This document shows positions 39,771 to 52,653 of a stretch of DNA of 64,000 bases, one piece after another. The stretch is taken from contig NC_045707.1 in the NCBI RefSeq assembly GCF_009834535.1, positions 58,716,001 to 58,780,000 of the forward strand, given 5' to 3'. The notes beneath the pieces are model-generated. The model did no database searches. It was not told the DNA's origin and was given only the letters and a program-made list of their open reading frames with translations. A program made the translations under genes and the position numbers. Source of the DNA: Camelus ferus. Its lineage: Eukaryota. Each line of letters opens with the position of its first letter. The first letter of the stretch is position 1.

Positions 39771-39903
39771 CTATTAAGTGCAAGTGCTTATTTAAAACGT
39801 GGTGATTGGAACTTTTTCTCTCAAATCACACCTTGTTGAAGTTAATGAATTCTTTGTAGGAATATTAACCGGCTTCTACATGTCGCTGATCCCGTCCCCG
39901 CCT
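39771..39903 (-). promoter_or_regulatory. Candidate promoter motif cluster (GC box, CCAAT, TATA-like, tandem NK2-type sites)
   Basis: GC box 39896-39903, CCAAT 39805-39809, TTTAAATA 39789-39796, TAAGTG/CAAGTG 39775-39786; lies upstream of a GAG|GTGAGT donor at 39698/39697. Confidence 0.4.
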
Positions 39904-40824
39904 TTCACTAACATACTGAATACATTACCTACTAACAATGACTGAAGCCTGCAAAGTCTCTGATACCATGGACAAAGTACTGCACTGGATTCTGCACTGG
40001 ATTCTGCACACCTTTCCTCTTTGAAACACCCAAGTTCAAAGTTGGCGGATGGGATTATTTTCATTCTAGTTGCTATTCAGCACATCTGTTCTGAGAGACA
40101 GAAATTTAATCCTGGATAGACTCTCTCTGCCAGACAGGAAGGATTAAAAAAGGAAGGGCAGTACAAGTCAGAAATGAACTTGTCATTGGAAGGGCTGTCA
40201 GGAGCAATTTACACCATGGTTATCCTGATTTGGATCATCACTGTGAGACTCCCATTTTTAGACAAAAAATATGAAAACATGTCAAAGATATAGACTCCTT
40301 AAAAATAACCCCCAGAAAATGAAACTATAGGTACACAAAAGAATCTTCCTTTAGCAATTACACCATTACGTAGCCTCCAAATCCCTCACTCTTCTTCTAG
40401 GGAGGGAGCTATAAATGCAGGTTCCAGAACACTCTTGATCACAGCCAAGGGCGTGCTAATGTTTTTGAATCACGCCAGGGTTGGAAGAAATTCTAACAGC
40501 AGATATGAATTTCTAAAAACACTTGGTGATCAGAGCTTCCTATGTGCATACTTCGTAATTTATTTATTGGTTAGTTTGAAAGGAGAACTACATAAAAAGC
40601 CATGCTCTATCACATAGTCACAGAGCATTGCTGCTCCAGAACGCCAATGTTATTAGCTAAGTGCAGGACCTTTTTATCACCTCTCTTCACTCTACCCATC
40701 CCTTGATAAGTACTAAATATTAACAGGGGGAAAATTTCAATCCACACGAAACTCAAGGGATTTACAAAATTTGATTGAATTTTGCATATGACTCTGCATA
40801 ACAACGTGTTATACCTAATATTTC

Positions 40825-41058
40825 TGAGTACTCATTGTATGGCAGGAATAAGCTAAATGCTTTATGTGCAATAGCTGATTTACTTCTAAGAACTGTCACA
40901 GGAGGATGCTCCTATCATCACTCCAGTTTTGCAGAGAAGGAAACCAGGTTCAGAGAGGTTACACAAAGGAGCAGAGATCACACAGGTAGAAAATGGCAGT
41001 CACGATTTGACTCGAGTCCATCTAAGTCGGGCGTCTTCATTCGTAAACACTGTGCTAA
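40825..41058 (-). mobile_element. MIR SINE, near full length
   Basis: gagtactcattgtatggcagg..ccagttttgcagagaaggaaaccaggttcagagaggtt..gatcacacaggtag..gatttgactc. Confidence 0.85.
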
Positions 41059-41124
41059 TTCACTGCCTGCCCACGTTTCCCAAACGTCACACTGTTGTTT
41101 AGACAGTGCTTCTTGATTTCAGAT

Positions 41125-41242
41125 CTTTTCAGCACATGTTACTCAGTGCCACCATGGACAGGCCCTATGCTAGGGGCTGGGTATTCAGTCGTGACGCAGA
41201 AGATGTGGTGGCTGTCCTCATGGAGCTTACAGTCCAGTGGCC
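41125..41242 (-). mobile_element. L2 LINE 3' end
   Basis: ttcagcacatgttactcagtgcc..tgctaggggctggg..ctgtcctcatggagcttacagtccagtgg. Confidence 0.75.
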
Positions 41243-42329
41243 TGGACAAAGCAAGGTGCACTTCTTCCTGCAACTTCAGATCAGGAATCCAGATGGCACT
41301 GAATTCACACACCTTGGGTTACCTTCCAAGATGGGTGAATGAAATTTGCTTCTTAATGAAATCCTGAGTCCTGTGCTCTTGCCCTCCTCACTTTCCCTTC
41401 AGCTAAGTTCAGGGTCAACAGCTATAAAAAAGCTCCATGTCTGGTCTTAATTGCAGTCTTTTCGTTTCTCATAGGCAAATGAAATCAAAAGACTTCTAAT
41501 CTGGGACAGCACCAGGCAAACTATGACAAGAGCAAGGTTTGGGGTGGTGGTGGGGGGGGGGGACTCTCAGATTCTGTTCTTTCCCCTTCTTCCCTTGGGC
41601 GGTTATGATTCTTCTGTTTCTCTCCATGACTCTCAAAACTTAGTCTTGGGCAAAGATTTGATAGGAGTCAATTTCTAACTTGTTCTGAATTTAAATCCAC
41701 TTGGTTCTTCCTTGTTAAGTGTGGACTGAAGGCTCTCAGCTCGTGTAAAGTTACTTTAGCATTAGTCACCAAAGAGGACAGGGCACTCTAAAGGCCAATC
41801 TAAACTGACTAAAGCTCTTCCTTGAAGCAGCTGCTTCCACTAACTTTTCATTGGGTTACAGGGTGAGGGGATACAGTGACCACAGCATCCCCTGAAAGAC
41901 ACACCTCTTCGTCCTCATTCTCTCTTCCTTCCCACCATCCTCTCACCGCAACTCCACTCTTTCCTTCTTCACTTCCCTTTCTAAAACAGGGAACAAGAAA
42001 GAGGAAAAGAAATGGGAAAGAGACAGATTAAGGGTACAAGTCAGCTTCTTGGAAGGAAGAGATCACCTTGGTACACACGCCTCCTCTGACCATCACTCAG
42101 AAACTCAAGGGAAGAGGAACAAAGGACAATGCTCCTGCTCCTACTTTTTACAAGGAAAACAGGCCCACCTTCCCTCAATGCGCACTCACTGAACATCTAG
42201 CAGTCAAGAATATACCACAATTTAGGCCAAACAGAAAGGCCTGAGACGTCAAGAATTACATGATCCATAGATGTCCCAGGACTTTATCTCTTCTTGTCAT
42301 TTTCAGGACGCTCTGAAAATATTCATGAC

Positions 42330-42750
42330 AGAGTCCTACTGGGTGATCTGGCTGGGCCTTCCTAATTGAAAACTGCCACAGTGACCACAGGAATGACTTC
42401 TAGGGACCACGCTTTTGTTCAAAGAACAGCTTTCTCAGCTACTGCTTATTAATACAGGGTAGGCCCTTCACCCCAAATAGGAAAGTCAAATCACTTTCTT
42501 GATCATTTGGAATTTAAATTGAGAGATGCGTGGAATTAAACTGCTGCACCTCTAGGAGAATTCTAGAAGCCTGGAGAACGTATTCTTGCCACTGAGATCT
42601 CTGCCAATGCATTGACTCCCAGTCTCCCCGAGGTGTGAAAGCTTAATGCTTCCTTGGATTCTGTAGATACCCCAGTGTCTTTCTGATAATGTCACCGAGA
42701 TTTATGCAAACTCACATGGTTTCAGGGACTTGCCATTCAAAGATTCTTGT
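42330..42750 (+). mobile_element. Ancient ERVL-type solo LTR (LTR16/LTR33-like)
   Basis: ccttggattctgtagataccccagtgtctttctgataat..acttgccattcaaagattctt resembles the 3' end of these LTRs; 5' boundary uncertain. Confidence 0.5.
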
Positions 42751-44497
42751 TTCATACTGTGACCAGGCTGAGATTCAATCTGTGAACAATCCAATCCTTG
42801 TTTTTCTGGGTTTCTTTTAAGCATTGTATTTCCAAAGCCACTTGTGTGAGTTTATCTTTGTTCTTTATCTCTCTGGTTTATTTGACCCATCTTCTATATT
42901 TTGCTAAAGCGGATTTGGGTGGGTAGGGTAACAGATGGAGTTGTAGGGTTTGAAGCTGGACTCTCTGGCATTCTCAAATCTTACTGTGCTTTGGGGTCAT
43001 TCTTACATATGTTGTTAGATGTAGTATTCAGAAACGGATCTCCTGACCATCTAAGAGTGTCAATACGATCTTTCTGAATTTTGAGGCTCTTCAAGAATAC
43101 CTTTTACTATTAGCAACAAAACTAACCACTAAGGGAAGTTTAAAGCTCTTCCCAGGGCTGTAACAAAGTTCTAGTAAAACAGAACTTTCAGAAACCTAGT
43201 AGAGTTCCCATTTCATGCTTTCCTCCTAATTAGTATCAATATACTGTAGCTTTTATTCAAAAAGAGAGGTAATTTTGCAAGGTTTTCCCATAAAATTCTG
43301 GAACCAACCTTTCTCTTTGGTAAAAACTGGTGCTTAGTAACATTTCCCTAAGCTCAACTCATGGCTGTAGAGGTGATCAAGGGATTCTCTTGAAAGCAGC
43401 TGGACATTGATAGGAAACAGAGGTTGTATTCATTGAAAATTACTTTTAGTGTCTACCTTTTTATAGTTGACCAAAATGCACTGAAGCACTGAAACATAAA
43501 TGTTACAGCAAAGGCTGACAGAAATCTTCCAGTGCTCTTAAAATAACCGACATGAAGGTGGAAAGGAGTAAGATTATACTCATTATTGTATCTGTAGACC
43601 TTTCTGTAACAATAATGGACGGAGACAGACCTAGATTATTAGCGAAACTGACATATGGAAAACAGTAAATTCAGTTCAGAAACTTCAGGTAAGCTTTGGA
43701 TTCTAAAAGCGTATGATGTTACATAGTAAAAGAAATCAGTCTTTCTCCAGGAAACACTGTCATTGTCAATGTAAATTAAGACTGAACCCAAATAACAACA
43801 CAGCTCATTCAAACTGCAATTAATTTGGAGATTGGTTACATGTTTGAGGCTACTTCTTACTCCTTTTTTCCTTCTGGAGAACCCTGGCAGCAAATGCTGG
43901 AATTGTGCACAGATTCGAAGGAGACCGGGTAAAATCCTCCATCCGTCTTCCCCAGACGAATCTACTTGCGAGAACCAGCAGATGTAGATATTTAATAGAA
44001 ATTAATCTCTTTCTGTTATTCAGCCTTCCATTGCTTCATTCTAACACTGGCTACACTGATGTCCTAAGATATGTGGGCAAAATGCTGCTGTAATACGATT
44101 TCTTTGCTGCTAGAAATGAAAGCTCTTGAGATAGCTCTTGCTTACATAGCTGCTTCGGGTGATTACATCTTTACACAGATGTTAATTACTCTCCGGAGAA
44201 AGCTGCCCAAAGCATCAGGTGAGTAACGTAATCTTACAGTGGATACCAAAGAGTGACTCAGGGCTATTCTGTATGATGGATATTATTTCTCACCCTTGTT
44301 GAGATCCGAATTCCTTTCTGATGAACATAGGGCAAGTGGCAAACCCTTTATAAATGGTAGCCAGCTAATCAGCAAAATGGGTTACTAAAAGTAGATACAC
44401 ACACTAGCTTTTAGCCTACTCCAAAGCTTGGGCCCAGCTTCAGTGAGACCAAAGACACACAGCTTACTAAGCTGGGAAGTCTTGTTAAAATTTCCAT

Positions 44498-44673
44498 CAG
44501 CGGTTCTCAGAATTCACTGTGCATTAGACTCCCTCTGGGAGAGTTTTAAAAATATTAATGCCTGGACCTCAGTTCAGTCCAATGTATTCAGGTTTCAGGA
44601 GCAGAACCCAGGCGCCAGTATTTTTAAAACTCCTCCAGTGATTCCACCACGCAGCCAAGGCTGAGAATCCCTG
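44498..44673. mobile_element. MER5-type hAT-Charlie MITE
   Basis: cagcggttctcag...ctgagaatccctg terminal inverted repeats; internal tatttttaaaactcc..gtgattcc..gcagccaagg. Confidence 0.85.
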
Positions 44674-45609
44674 CCGTGGCTGCACTGCCTTGCTCGACTC
44701 AAGTCTAGAGTTTGGTGACGTCAGCGCTACCATGGCAGGTGGGATGGTCAATCTGAAGGAACAAAACAAGGTACCTCTGAAGGAAACAAAAGCCCTGCAG
44801 CCCTGGATAGTGATGGTTGGAAGCAATCATTTCAGAAATAACCACAGAACAAAGGACTCCCTCCAAACAAAATACAAAACTGCAACTCCCAAAGTAAACA
44901 CGAAAAGAGCTAGAAACAGCAACAGAGCATCCAGCGACTGTCTCATAAAGGAGCAAGCTACATAGATATCTACTCATCATTCTCTCCTCAAAAGACAAAA
45001 CAAAAAGAACAATAACGGAGGAAGAACTGTGACACTCTATTGATTGTAGCTGGTGCAATTAAACCGTTAAAGACTAACCTTGGTGCTTTGTTAACGCCTC
45101 AGGACACAGGGAAACTTTAGGTGGTTAAATTCTTTCAGAAGATCATTAGTATTAAAGATTGGGGAAGAAGGTCCTAGGGGAGACTAAATGACACTGGCAG
45201 GTCGATTGGAGAGAGTATCTGCCCAGGAGGAAATAAATACTGGGACAACATAGGAAGGAATGTGATGATTTTAATACCAAGCTGAGACCATACTTAAGCA
45301 AAATCGCATTCTTTAATGAGCTATCATGTTTTGTGTCACTCTATGTGTAAAAAGAAGCATTTAGCTTTCTTTGTTTTGCCACCAGCCTACTAGCAATCAG
45401 GAAAAATATTACATGATTCTTAAGCATCCGTCGGCTTTGTCTTTAGCGCATGCCTAGTGCTGTGAATGGAATAGGAATGGGGAATATTTGTTAAATACAA
45501 AAGTGAAGAAAAGCATCAGCCCACATCACATCCTGGCTGAACTCACAGTCTGGATATTTAAAAGGAAATGTATACTGGATACAGGATATTGTCATCTTTA
45601 AAAGTAGTA

Positions 45610-45689
45610 TTAGATTAAACGATATGAAATCACCATCCTTACAGATCACAAAAAGGAGTCACATAGCAATTTCATATGGTCCAATATAC
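45610..45689. mobile_element. MADE2-type mariner MITE (~80 bp)
   Basis: ttagattaaacgatatgaaat ... atttcatatggtccaatat imperfect inverted arms, preceded by TA. Confidence 0.75.
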
Positions 45690-46549
45690 ATGCTTTTTTC
45701 CTTTCCTTTGCTCTTTTAAAAAATTTGGGGTGACATAAATGAGCACAGTCTGTTTAGTTTGAAAGCTTTTCTTTCCAGAAGCTGGATGTTATGGATATGA
45801 AACTGCTCCTCGAAAAACAAAAGTGGGGTCTCAGTGGAATAGCTGCGTTTCTGGCCGAGCATCCACATCAGTAAGCAATATGTAAAAAAGCATACAGGAC
45901 CTAATGTCAAAGGCTTCAGATATTCAAGGATGGCTGATTTGATGCATGCACCTGATTTCATCCAGAATGTGGAAAATGATTATTCTGAAGGGAAAAGGCC
46001 AAACTCAAAGAAAATAAAAATACAGGTATTTGAACATTACGGTCCTTCTTTGCAAGATATACTATGCCCAAGATATACTATACAGCTTAGTTGATATTTA
46101 AGCACACCTGCTTGTTCTGATAAGAAATATATTTTCCCATGGTTATGTTTTCTTTCACAGATTGGGGTCCAGGATAATTTAGGTCTAACAGTTTCATATG
46201 CTGTTTTAGGAAATAGAGAAATCTAATACAGGTTTTATGGCATTAAATATAGAGCTTTCAGAATGGAAGAGTTGTGGGTTGGAGCATGAGGATTTACTAG
46301 TGTAAAGTAGCCATCTTGGTACTCATATTAAAAAAAAAAGTCAGAGAACAAACATTTAAGTATGAAGAGGAAGCAAATCGAGAATTATCTCTGTAGTACT
46401 TTTAAAACCATGAATTTTGAAGAAAGATTCCTAAAAGCGGTTCTTAAATAAACCAAATAAGGATACACGAAACTATTTGCTTTCTTCTCATGAGCATCCA
46501 CCTGAATGGGCATTGGGAGTTTCCATAGAGTACTTCACCTGGACCTCAA

Positions 46550-46793
46550 CAGTTCAGCTACTTTGCTTAACGCAACAACATCAGTAAGAAATACATTTTA
46601 TAGCACGACTCAGTCACACAGTGGAAATACGTAACTGAAACAAAAGTCTCACAAAACAATCCTAATCCTCATTGCATCTGATGTAACTTACATTTTTGAT
46701 TTTGTTCTATTTTGTTCCATTTAAAATGCTGATCACACCACTAATTTGATTCTACCACCAGTTAGGTCACCATGCCTTATTCAACAAGCACTA
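46550..46793. mobile_element. hAT-Charlie MITE (Charlie4/MER80-like)
   Basis: cagtaagaaatacattttatagcacgac..taactgaaacaaaagt..aaaatgctgatcac..ccactaatttgatt; subfamily uncertain. Confidence 0.65.
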
Positions 46794-47799
46794 TTTTAAA
46801 TTATATTTTAATAGAACCTCACGCCACTGATAAACCAGAAGTCAAAATAGTTTGGAAAATCATCTCAACCTTGACATTTTGTCTTTGGAATGATGGCGGG
46901 AGGATACCTTTAAATTATTGCACCTAAAGGACAATATGCTGAGACGCCAGTCATCTTGCCCAGAGTGACACGTAGCTAGCAGAGATCAGACTCAGGTCCC
47001 GGCATAACCAAGTTCTGAAACTTGTGAATATTCTACTCCTCCACAGTGACTTCCTGATGACATTTGTTGCTTGTGGCTCTGGGCACAAGCAGGTAAGAAG
47101 CTATTCCTTTCCTTTCCCTACAAATGAATCTTCTTGACTACTCAGGTGACTCTGAGTTGGGGATAGGGTAATGGCATGAGTGGGACAATGACCTTGGTGA
47201 AGAGCCTGCTCCCCAGTCTACATTCTGAGCTCCCCAAATTCGGTTTCTAGGAAATAATGGCTCTTCACCTAATGACCCTCACGACGCAACGATCAACCTT
47301 TTCCTCAAACGGTAATCCACACACAGCCAAATCAACTTGGCATAAACATACTTATCCACAAAACAAGTCAGCCTGATTTTATAAAATCTCTAAAAAGATT
47401 CAGTGCTTAGGCACAACTGTCAATTTTATAAACAGCACCCAAATTATGAAACCAAGAAAATCTGTTAACCTTTCTATGAAAGAGTTCATAGAAAGGGCAA
47501 GGCTAAATGTTAGAGTTTTTCTAATCACATTTGAAAATCAAAATTATTTCTCTAGAATTTTCTTGGATAAAAACATCAGTGTATGATTTTAAATAAGTGA
47601 TTAAAAATCTTTTTCACATAAAATGATTCCAAATGACTAACTCTTCTTTAATTACAAATTGAATTTTACTTTTATCTGCGAAGTCCAAGGGAAACAAATT
47701 AATTATCTAGCGGTCCACAATTTTTTAATATCAATATTAGTTAACTGCAATTTTTTGGCATTAGCTATAGGCCCAAAAGACATGATACTCTACTATGAA

Positions 47800-47935
47800 T
47801 GTTCCAAGAAAAAGAACACACAGGGTTACTAAGGAATAGAAGTGATCTGAGTTAGATATAAAGGAAACATTTCTGTAAGATGTCGTAAGATTCCCTTTTT
47901 AGAAAGCCTTGACAAATTTCAAAACTGCCTACAGT
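47800..47935 (+). mobile_element. L3/CR1 3' end fragment
   Basis: gatctgagttagatataaaggaaacatttct resembles the CR1 terminal region. Confidence 0.4.
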
Positions 47936-48834
47936 TAGGAAAGAACTACATAAATTCTTGGCATTTCTTTTAATCTTCTGTTTTCCCTCAATTATTTTTT
48001 AGCTTGATAGTTATTTAAGATACATTCAAATGGAGTAACCAGAGCACTAAAGAGTTAAAATCTCTTCTAATTTTCACATTTTTTTTTCATAATTGTTAGG
48101 TAAGAAAAATGCTGTTGTTCTGAATGAAAAAGTAACATAATACAAAGGGCCAAATTCATGAAATTACTGTACCTTAAAAGTAAAACAAAGATTGTCCTAA
48201 GACCACTTGAGCTTGCTTTGATTCAATAATTTATTCCTTTACGCGTTTGTCAAAGATGTGCTGTCTGTCCCTTGCTGTTGGTGTTTGCCTTTGATACCAG
48301 TGAGGCTGAGCAGCCTGCATCCTTAGATTCCCCTCCAATATTAGTTTGATACAGAAGTTGGATGGATGCTTGAACAGCTAGTACATGTGGCTGTTCCTTT
48401 GTATTTTCTTTCTTTATTACATTTTCAGAATCAAAAGCAGATAAGCTCTTACACCAGCCACTGTTATCATCAAGGCGACATACACAAAAGAGATGTGAAC
48501 AAAATGAAATTTGACATGTCACTGGGAGACAGGCCGTTGTCGGAAAGTACCAGATAATTAAATTTAAGAAGGAACCTAAATTTTGGAGTTCTCACAATGC
48601 AGAGTGATATGGCAGACAGAGATAAGAATTTGGACTTAAAAAACTCATGCAGATATCAACTCCCATTGTTTTTCCTATAATAGAGCGAATAGAACAAAGT
48701 AAGTGTGTGTCAGGACAGTGTAAGCTGGAGAGCCATGATTTAAATGCCAGTGAGTTGCTAGGATTCGTTTCTGAAATAAAAAAATAATAATAATAATAAT
48801 AGGAAAAGTTGTGGCAAATATACTTCATCATATT

Positions 48835-48958
48835 GCTTATTTACTTATCTCCCCAACAGAGATTATGACCTTTTGGAGGACAGAGGCATCTGTCTGTCTT
48901 TTATTTGCCGGTGCCACAGCGCTTGGCATATGGGAGATTTTCAGTCAACGAATGAACA
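48835..48958 (+). mobile_element. L2 LINE 3' end
   Basis: tggaggacagaggcatctgtc..cacagcgcttggcatatgg..cgaatgaa. Confidence 0.65.
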
Positions 48959-50949
48959 GTTAATACCTATTAACCCTTCTCACGGAGGCAGCAGTGACAG
49001 GCCCCGCTCACATCACATACACAAGCTCATGTCTGAATACCATCCAATGACCCCTCTACTGAAGATGCACAGACCCAGAAAATTCTTCCCTGGAATTCAG
49101 TTTCTTCCATTTTCCTGTAAATTCTCTGAGCTCTCCTCCTAATATTTCTGATTGTCTCGTTACTGATTCTTGAACAGGTCTGCCTATCCCCTCTCTTAGG
49201 CTGATTTCATCTCTGTTTCCTACTGATTTCATTCATTTCCCAGCACAGTCCCTGAATCAGGTGTGTTTACACCTGAATTCTTTCTTTTCCCTCAAGAATC
49301 TCTCTCTCTGAATCTCATTTATCCTGGGTACTTCCTGTTCCCCTTCCTGTTTTTCTCACCTTGCACACTACCTATGGTCTCCTCCTAGGCTGTGGAACAC
49401 GCAGACGCATCGATCACATTTTGTTCATCTGAACAATTCTAATATCTACTTCAATTACTGTCACTTAGCAAAGATGCTACAAATCATCCTTGTGAGATTG
49501 GCTCCTTCTCCTGTCTCTATTCCAATTTGTACCTTTTAGACATGGAAGCCCAGAAGTACAGATACACTTTTTCCCCACAGGAAAAATTTTATTTGCATCT
49601 TGGTTCATAGGCAGATGATTAATTTCAAAGTTATAAAAACATAGTATGAAATTGTAGGCCCTTGTGAAGTCATTCCATTTCTAAATAAAGAGGCAGCAGA
49701 GCACACAGGTTAAGGGCCTGCAAGTATAAAAATGTATCTGCACATAAAATCATTACAAACATATGAAAAAGCTAACTGATTGGCTCCTCTTGCATTTAGC
49801 GGCCCTCCTTACCCCAGCTACTACGTCTAGAAAAACACAGTCAAGTATTTTCATAGTATTCTCTATTTTGAAGTAGAAAATATGCACTAAGAAGAAAAGA
49901 GTCACTAAAAGAAAGAAGGTGGGCAGCTATGTCGTAAGTACAAATACAAGAGTGAGATGGGAGGGATTTCTACGTGCAATTTATTATCCCAATAGGAAAA
50001 AAAATTCCAACAAATGTCATTTAAAAAAATAAAAAGCTTACCACGAATCATAGAATTTAAGCGTTAAATGTATTCTTAAAGATGACACGGACCAGTTGTT
50101 TTCAAAGTAACCTCATTTACAGAAGAGCAAATGAATATGAACTGAGCATCTACCTCCTAACACACACATGCTGCCACAGGTGCTGGGACCCATGGAGAGG
50201 AAAACATGGACCTAACTGAGTGGGGAAGCGGGGTGCGGGGAGGAAACGACATATAGCTCCAAGCAAAAATGCATGCAGTGTTCGGTTAGTGGTAACTTCG
50301 ATGCCTTAGAAGCAGCTACGTGAGTATGCACTACATATAGAGAGGCTTGGTGCAGGTGTGGCTGCTCCCAGGAACGTGGTCAAGGTACGCGGCTCAAACA
50401 AAATGACACTGGAGGCGAGACCTGAATAATAAGGGCTGATTGGCCCTGTAAAGATCGAACGGAGGTGATGTCTAGGCAGCATGGGCAGGGCCAGAGCCAA
50501 AGCCCGGAGGCACTTCAAAGATCAGACAGTGGAGTCTCCTGAAGGTAAGGTGGCTACTACCCAGGTCTGCTGAATTTAAGCCCACAGTAACCACTTGTAA
50601 GATGATGATGTGCTAGGCTCTGTTTTTCCCTAAGCGCACTTGAAAGCATGAAGTTACAGGAAATCATGTGTTGTGTGTGTATATAATTCAGGTGATGAGA
50701 AATCACCCCTATTACAGTCAGCTTAAATTTCTTGGGTTACAGTTTTCTCTCACTTCTAGAAGCAGCTGATCCGTAGGTGATACTCTAGACTCGGTAAATA
50801 CATGATTTTGTTCTTCCGGGGGCCATATAGAAAAAGGTGTTGTAGAGAGAGGGTGAAAAATATTTTGACTGTACAGTGAATATATTTTTGTTGACATCAT
50901 TTTGTCCTGAGTTTAAATGCCACCTACAAGCCAGTCTCCTGCAGCAGAC

Positions 50950-51392
50950 ATGGGTGGTTACCTTCCCTAGACATCCTAGCTTTTTTATTAATGATGGAAC
51001 CCCAGCCATACAAAATGACTCACTTAGCAAGTTTCAATAACATAATACCCTTTGCTTTTGCAAGGGATGATGCGGAGATGGGCATTTGATATAGCTCAGG
51101 TCAAAAGGCACTGGAGAAGTCTGTTGGTAGTTTTCCAGAAAAATTCTGCCCCCTAATCAGAAGTGAGAGCTAACAGAAAAAAATAAAAGCCCTCTGGGGC
51201 TGCACACTCTCCTGTCATTTATCCTGCCTTCCCTGTTGCCACATGAGGGCATGACGCTTGGATTGCCAACACTGCAAACCTGGGGGACAGGCCAAAAGAC
51301 TCTCACAGAACCTGACCCAGCGTTTTTACATCAATGACCTGCTGAATCAACCCCAGGACTCTCTAAACTTTAATACAGAGACGTAATAAAGT
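50950..51392 (+). mobile_element. MaLR solo LTR (MLT1J/K-like)
   Basis: gggcatttga..gaagtctgttgg..tcctgcctt..atgagggcatgacgcttgga..ggccaaaaga..ctgctgaatcaacccc..aataaa. Confidence 0.7.
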
Positions 51393-51489
51393 GACAAAAC
51401 AAATGACAGTAATATTTATATTTAAGAAACTTCCGGAAAGGTGTTCTTTAATTTGCTCCTGAGAGCATCTTACTTGATGCAAAACTTAC

Positions 51490-52482
51490 TTTGATATTTC
51501 CATCCCAGTCTTTTCTCCTGGGGCCCAGCCTCCCATAGCTAACAGTCTGTTTGTCATCCCTTAGAAGTCCAATGAGAATCTCAAACCCACAATGTAAAAA
51601 AATAAAACTTGTTTTCTCCTCCCTTATCTGTTTCTTTTTTGAATCTTCCTCATCACACTGATTGGTTTCACCAAGTTGTGAAAGGTAAAAAGCTAGGATA
51701 ATTCTTGATTTTCTTCTCACTTGCTCCTCATAACCAATCCATCAACAGGTCAAATAGGTTCTACTTTGAAAATACGTCTCAAGTCTTTTTTACTTCTCCC
51801 CATGCTACTGCCACAAGCCTAATCAAAGCTACTCATCCTTTAAGAGCTGACAGCTTCCTGGCCTGCGTTACTGCAGTAATTTCCTACTGGTCTCCCTGTC
51901 TGTACTTCTGACACCTAAATAGATCTATAGAAGTGAGGATGCATTTCTAAAATAGTCAGTCCTTCCGTGGTATTTTCCCACTGAACACCCTCCAGTGGTT
52001 TCCCTTCACACTGGGTAGAAAACCCAGACTCCTTGCCATTTCCCCCACAGCCCTGCACGACTGGGTTTCCACCTAACTCTTCAACTGCATCTCCAAGCAC
52101 AACCCTTCTCTCCCTTCACTGGCCTCCTAGTTGGTGTCTTCTTGTTCCTTCCACCTTCTCTTTTCTAGGAGACGTTGTCAAGATTCTCCCCTTCACATCC
52201 CATAGGGTTGAACACAACATCACCTTCTCAAAGACGCTGTCTCTGAACAACCTATGTAAATCTCGTTTTAGTACATCCACGTTTCCTCATCAGCACATGT
52301 CACTCACACACTTCATGTTATGTGTCCATCTTGTTTGTTGTCTGTTTCCCCAGGAGAATGTAAGCTCCATGAGGGCAGGGGTTTGGCCTATTTTGCTCAT
52401 TGAGGTATCCCCCAGCACCAGGTATAATGCCTGACACAGTGTACCTGTTCAAGAAACATTTGTTGGATGAATGAATTAATAA
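51490..52482 (+). mobile_element. L2 LINE (L2a-like), ~1 kb 3' portion
   Basis: Continuous L2 body ending gaatgtaagctccatgagggcagggg..gcctgacacag..catttgttggatgaatgaat. Confidence 0.9.
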
Positions 52483-52653
52483 GTGACTGATAGAAAGAGG
52501 GGCAGTAACAAACCACATTTCCTACCTAGACTAGCACTCTGAACAGTCAGCGTTGGTTGAATAAATGAATAATTTGTAGTACAAGGCAAAATATCCCCCC
52601 ACAGCTCAATTACCATTTCCAGCTGGCATGACAGCTTACAGACTGGCTCTTAC

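Noticed and set aside
39980..40009. Short tandem duplication (ctgcactggatt)x2.5, with similar ones near 287 and 46053
   Set aside because: Ordinary slippage duplications; not regularly spaced and not CRISPR-like
52033..52434. Longest ORF in the track (133 aa)
   Set aside because: Lies wholly within a decayed L2 element; no recognisable domain
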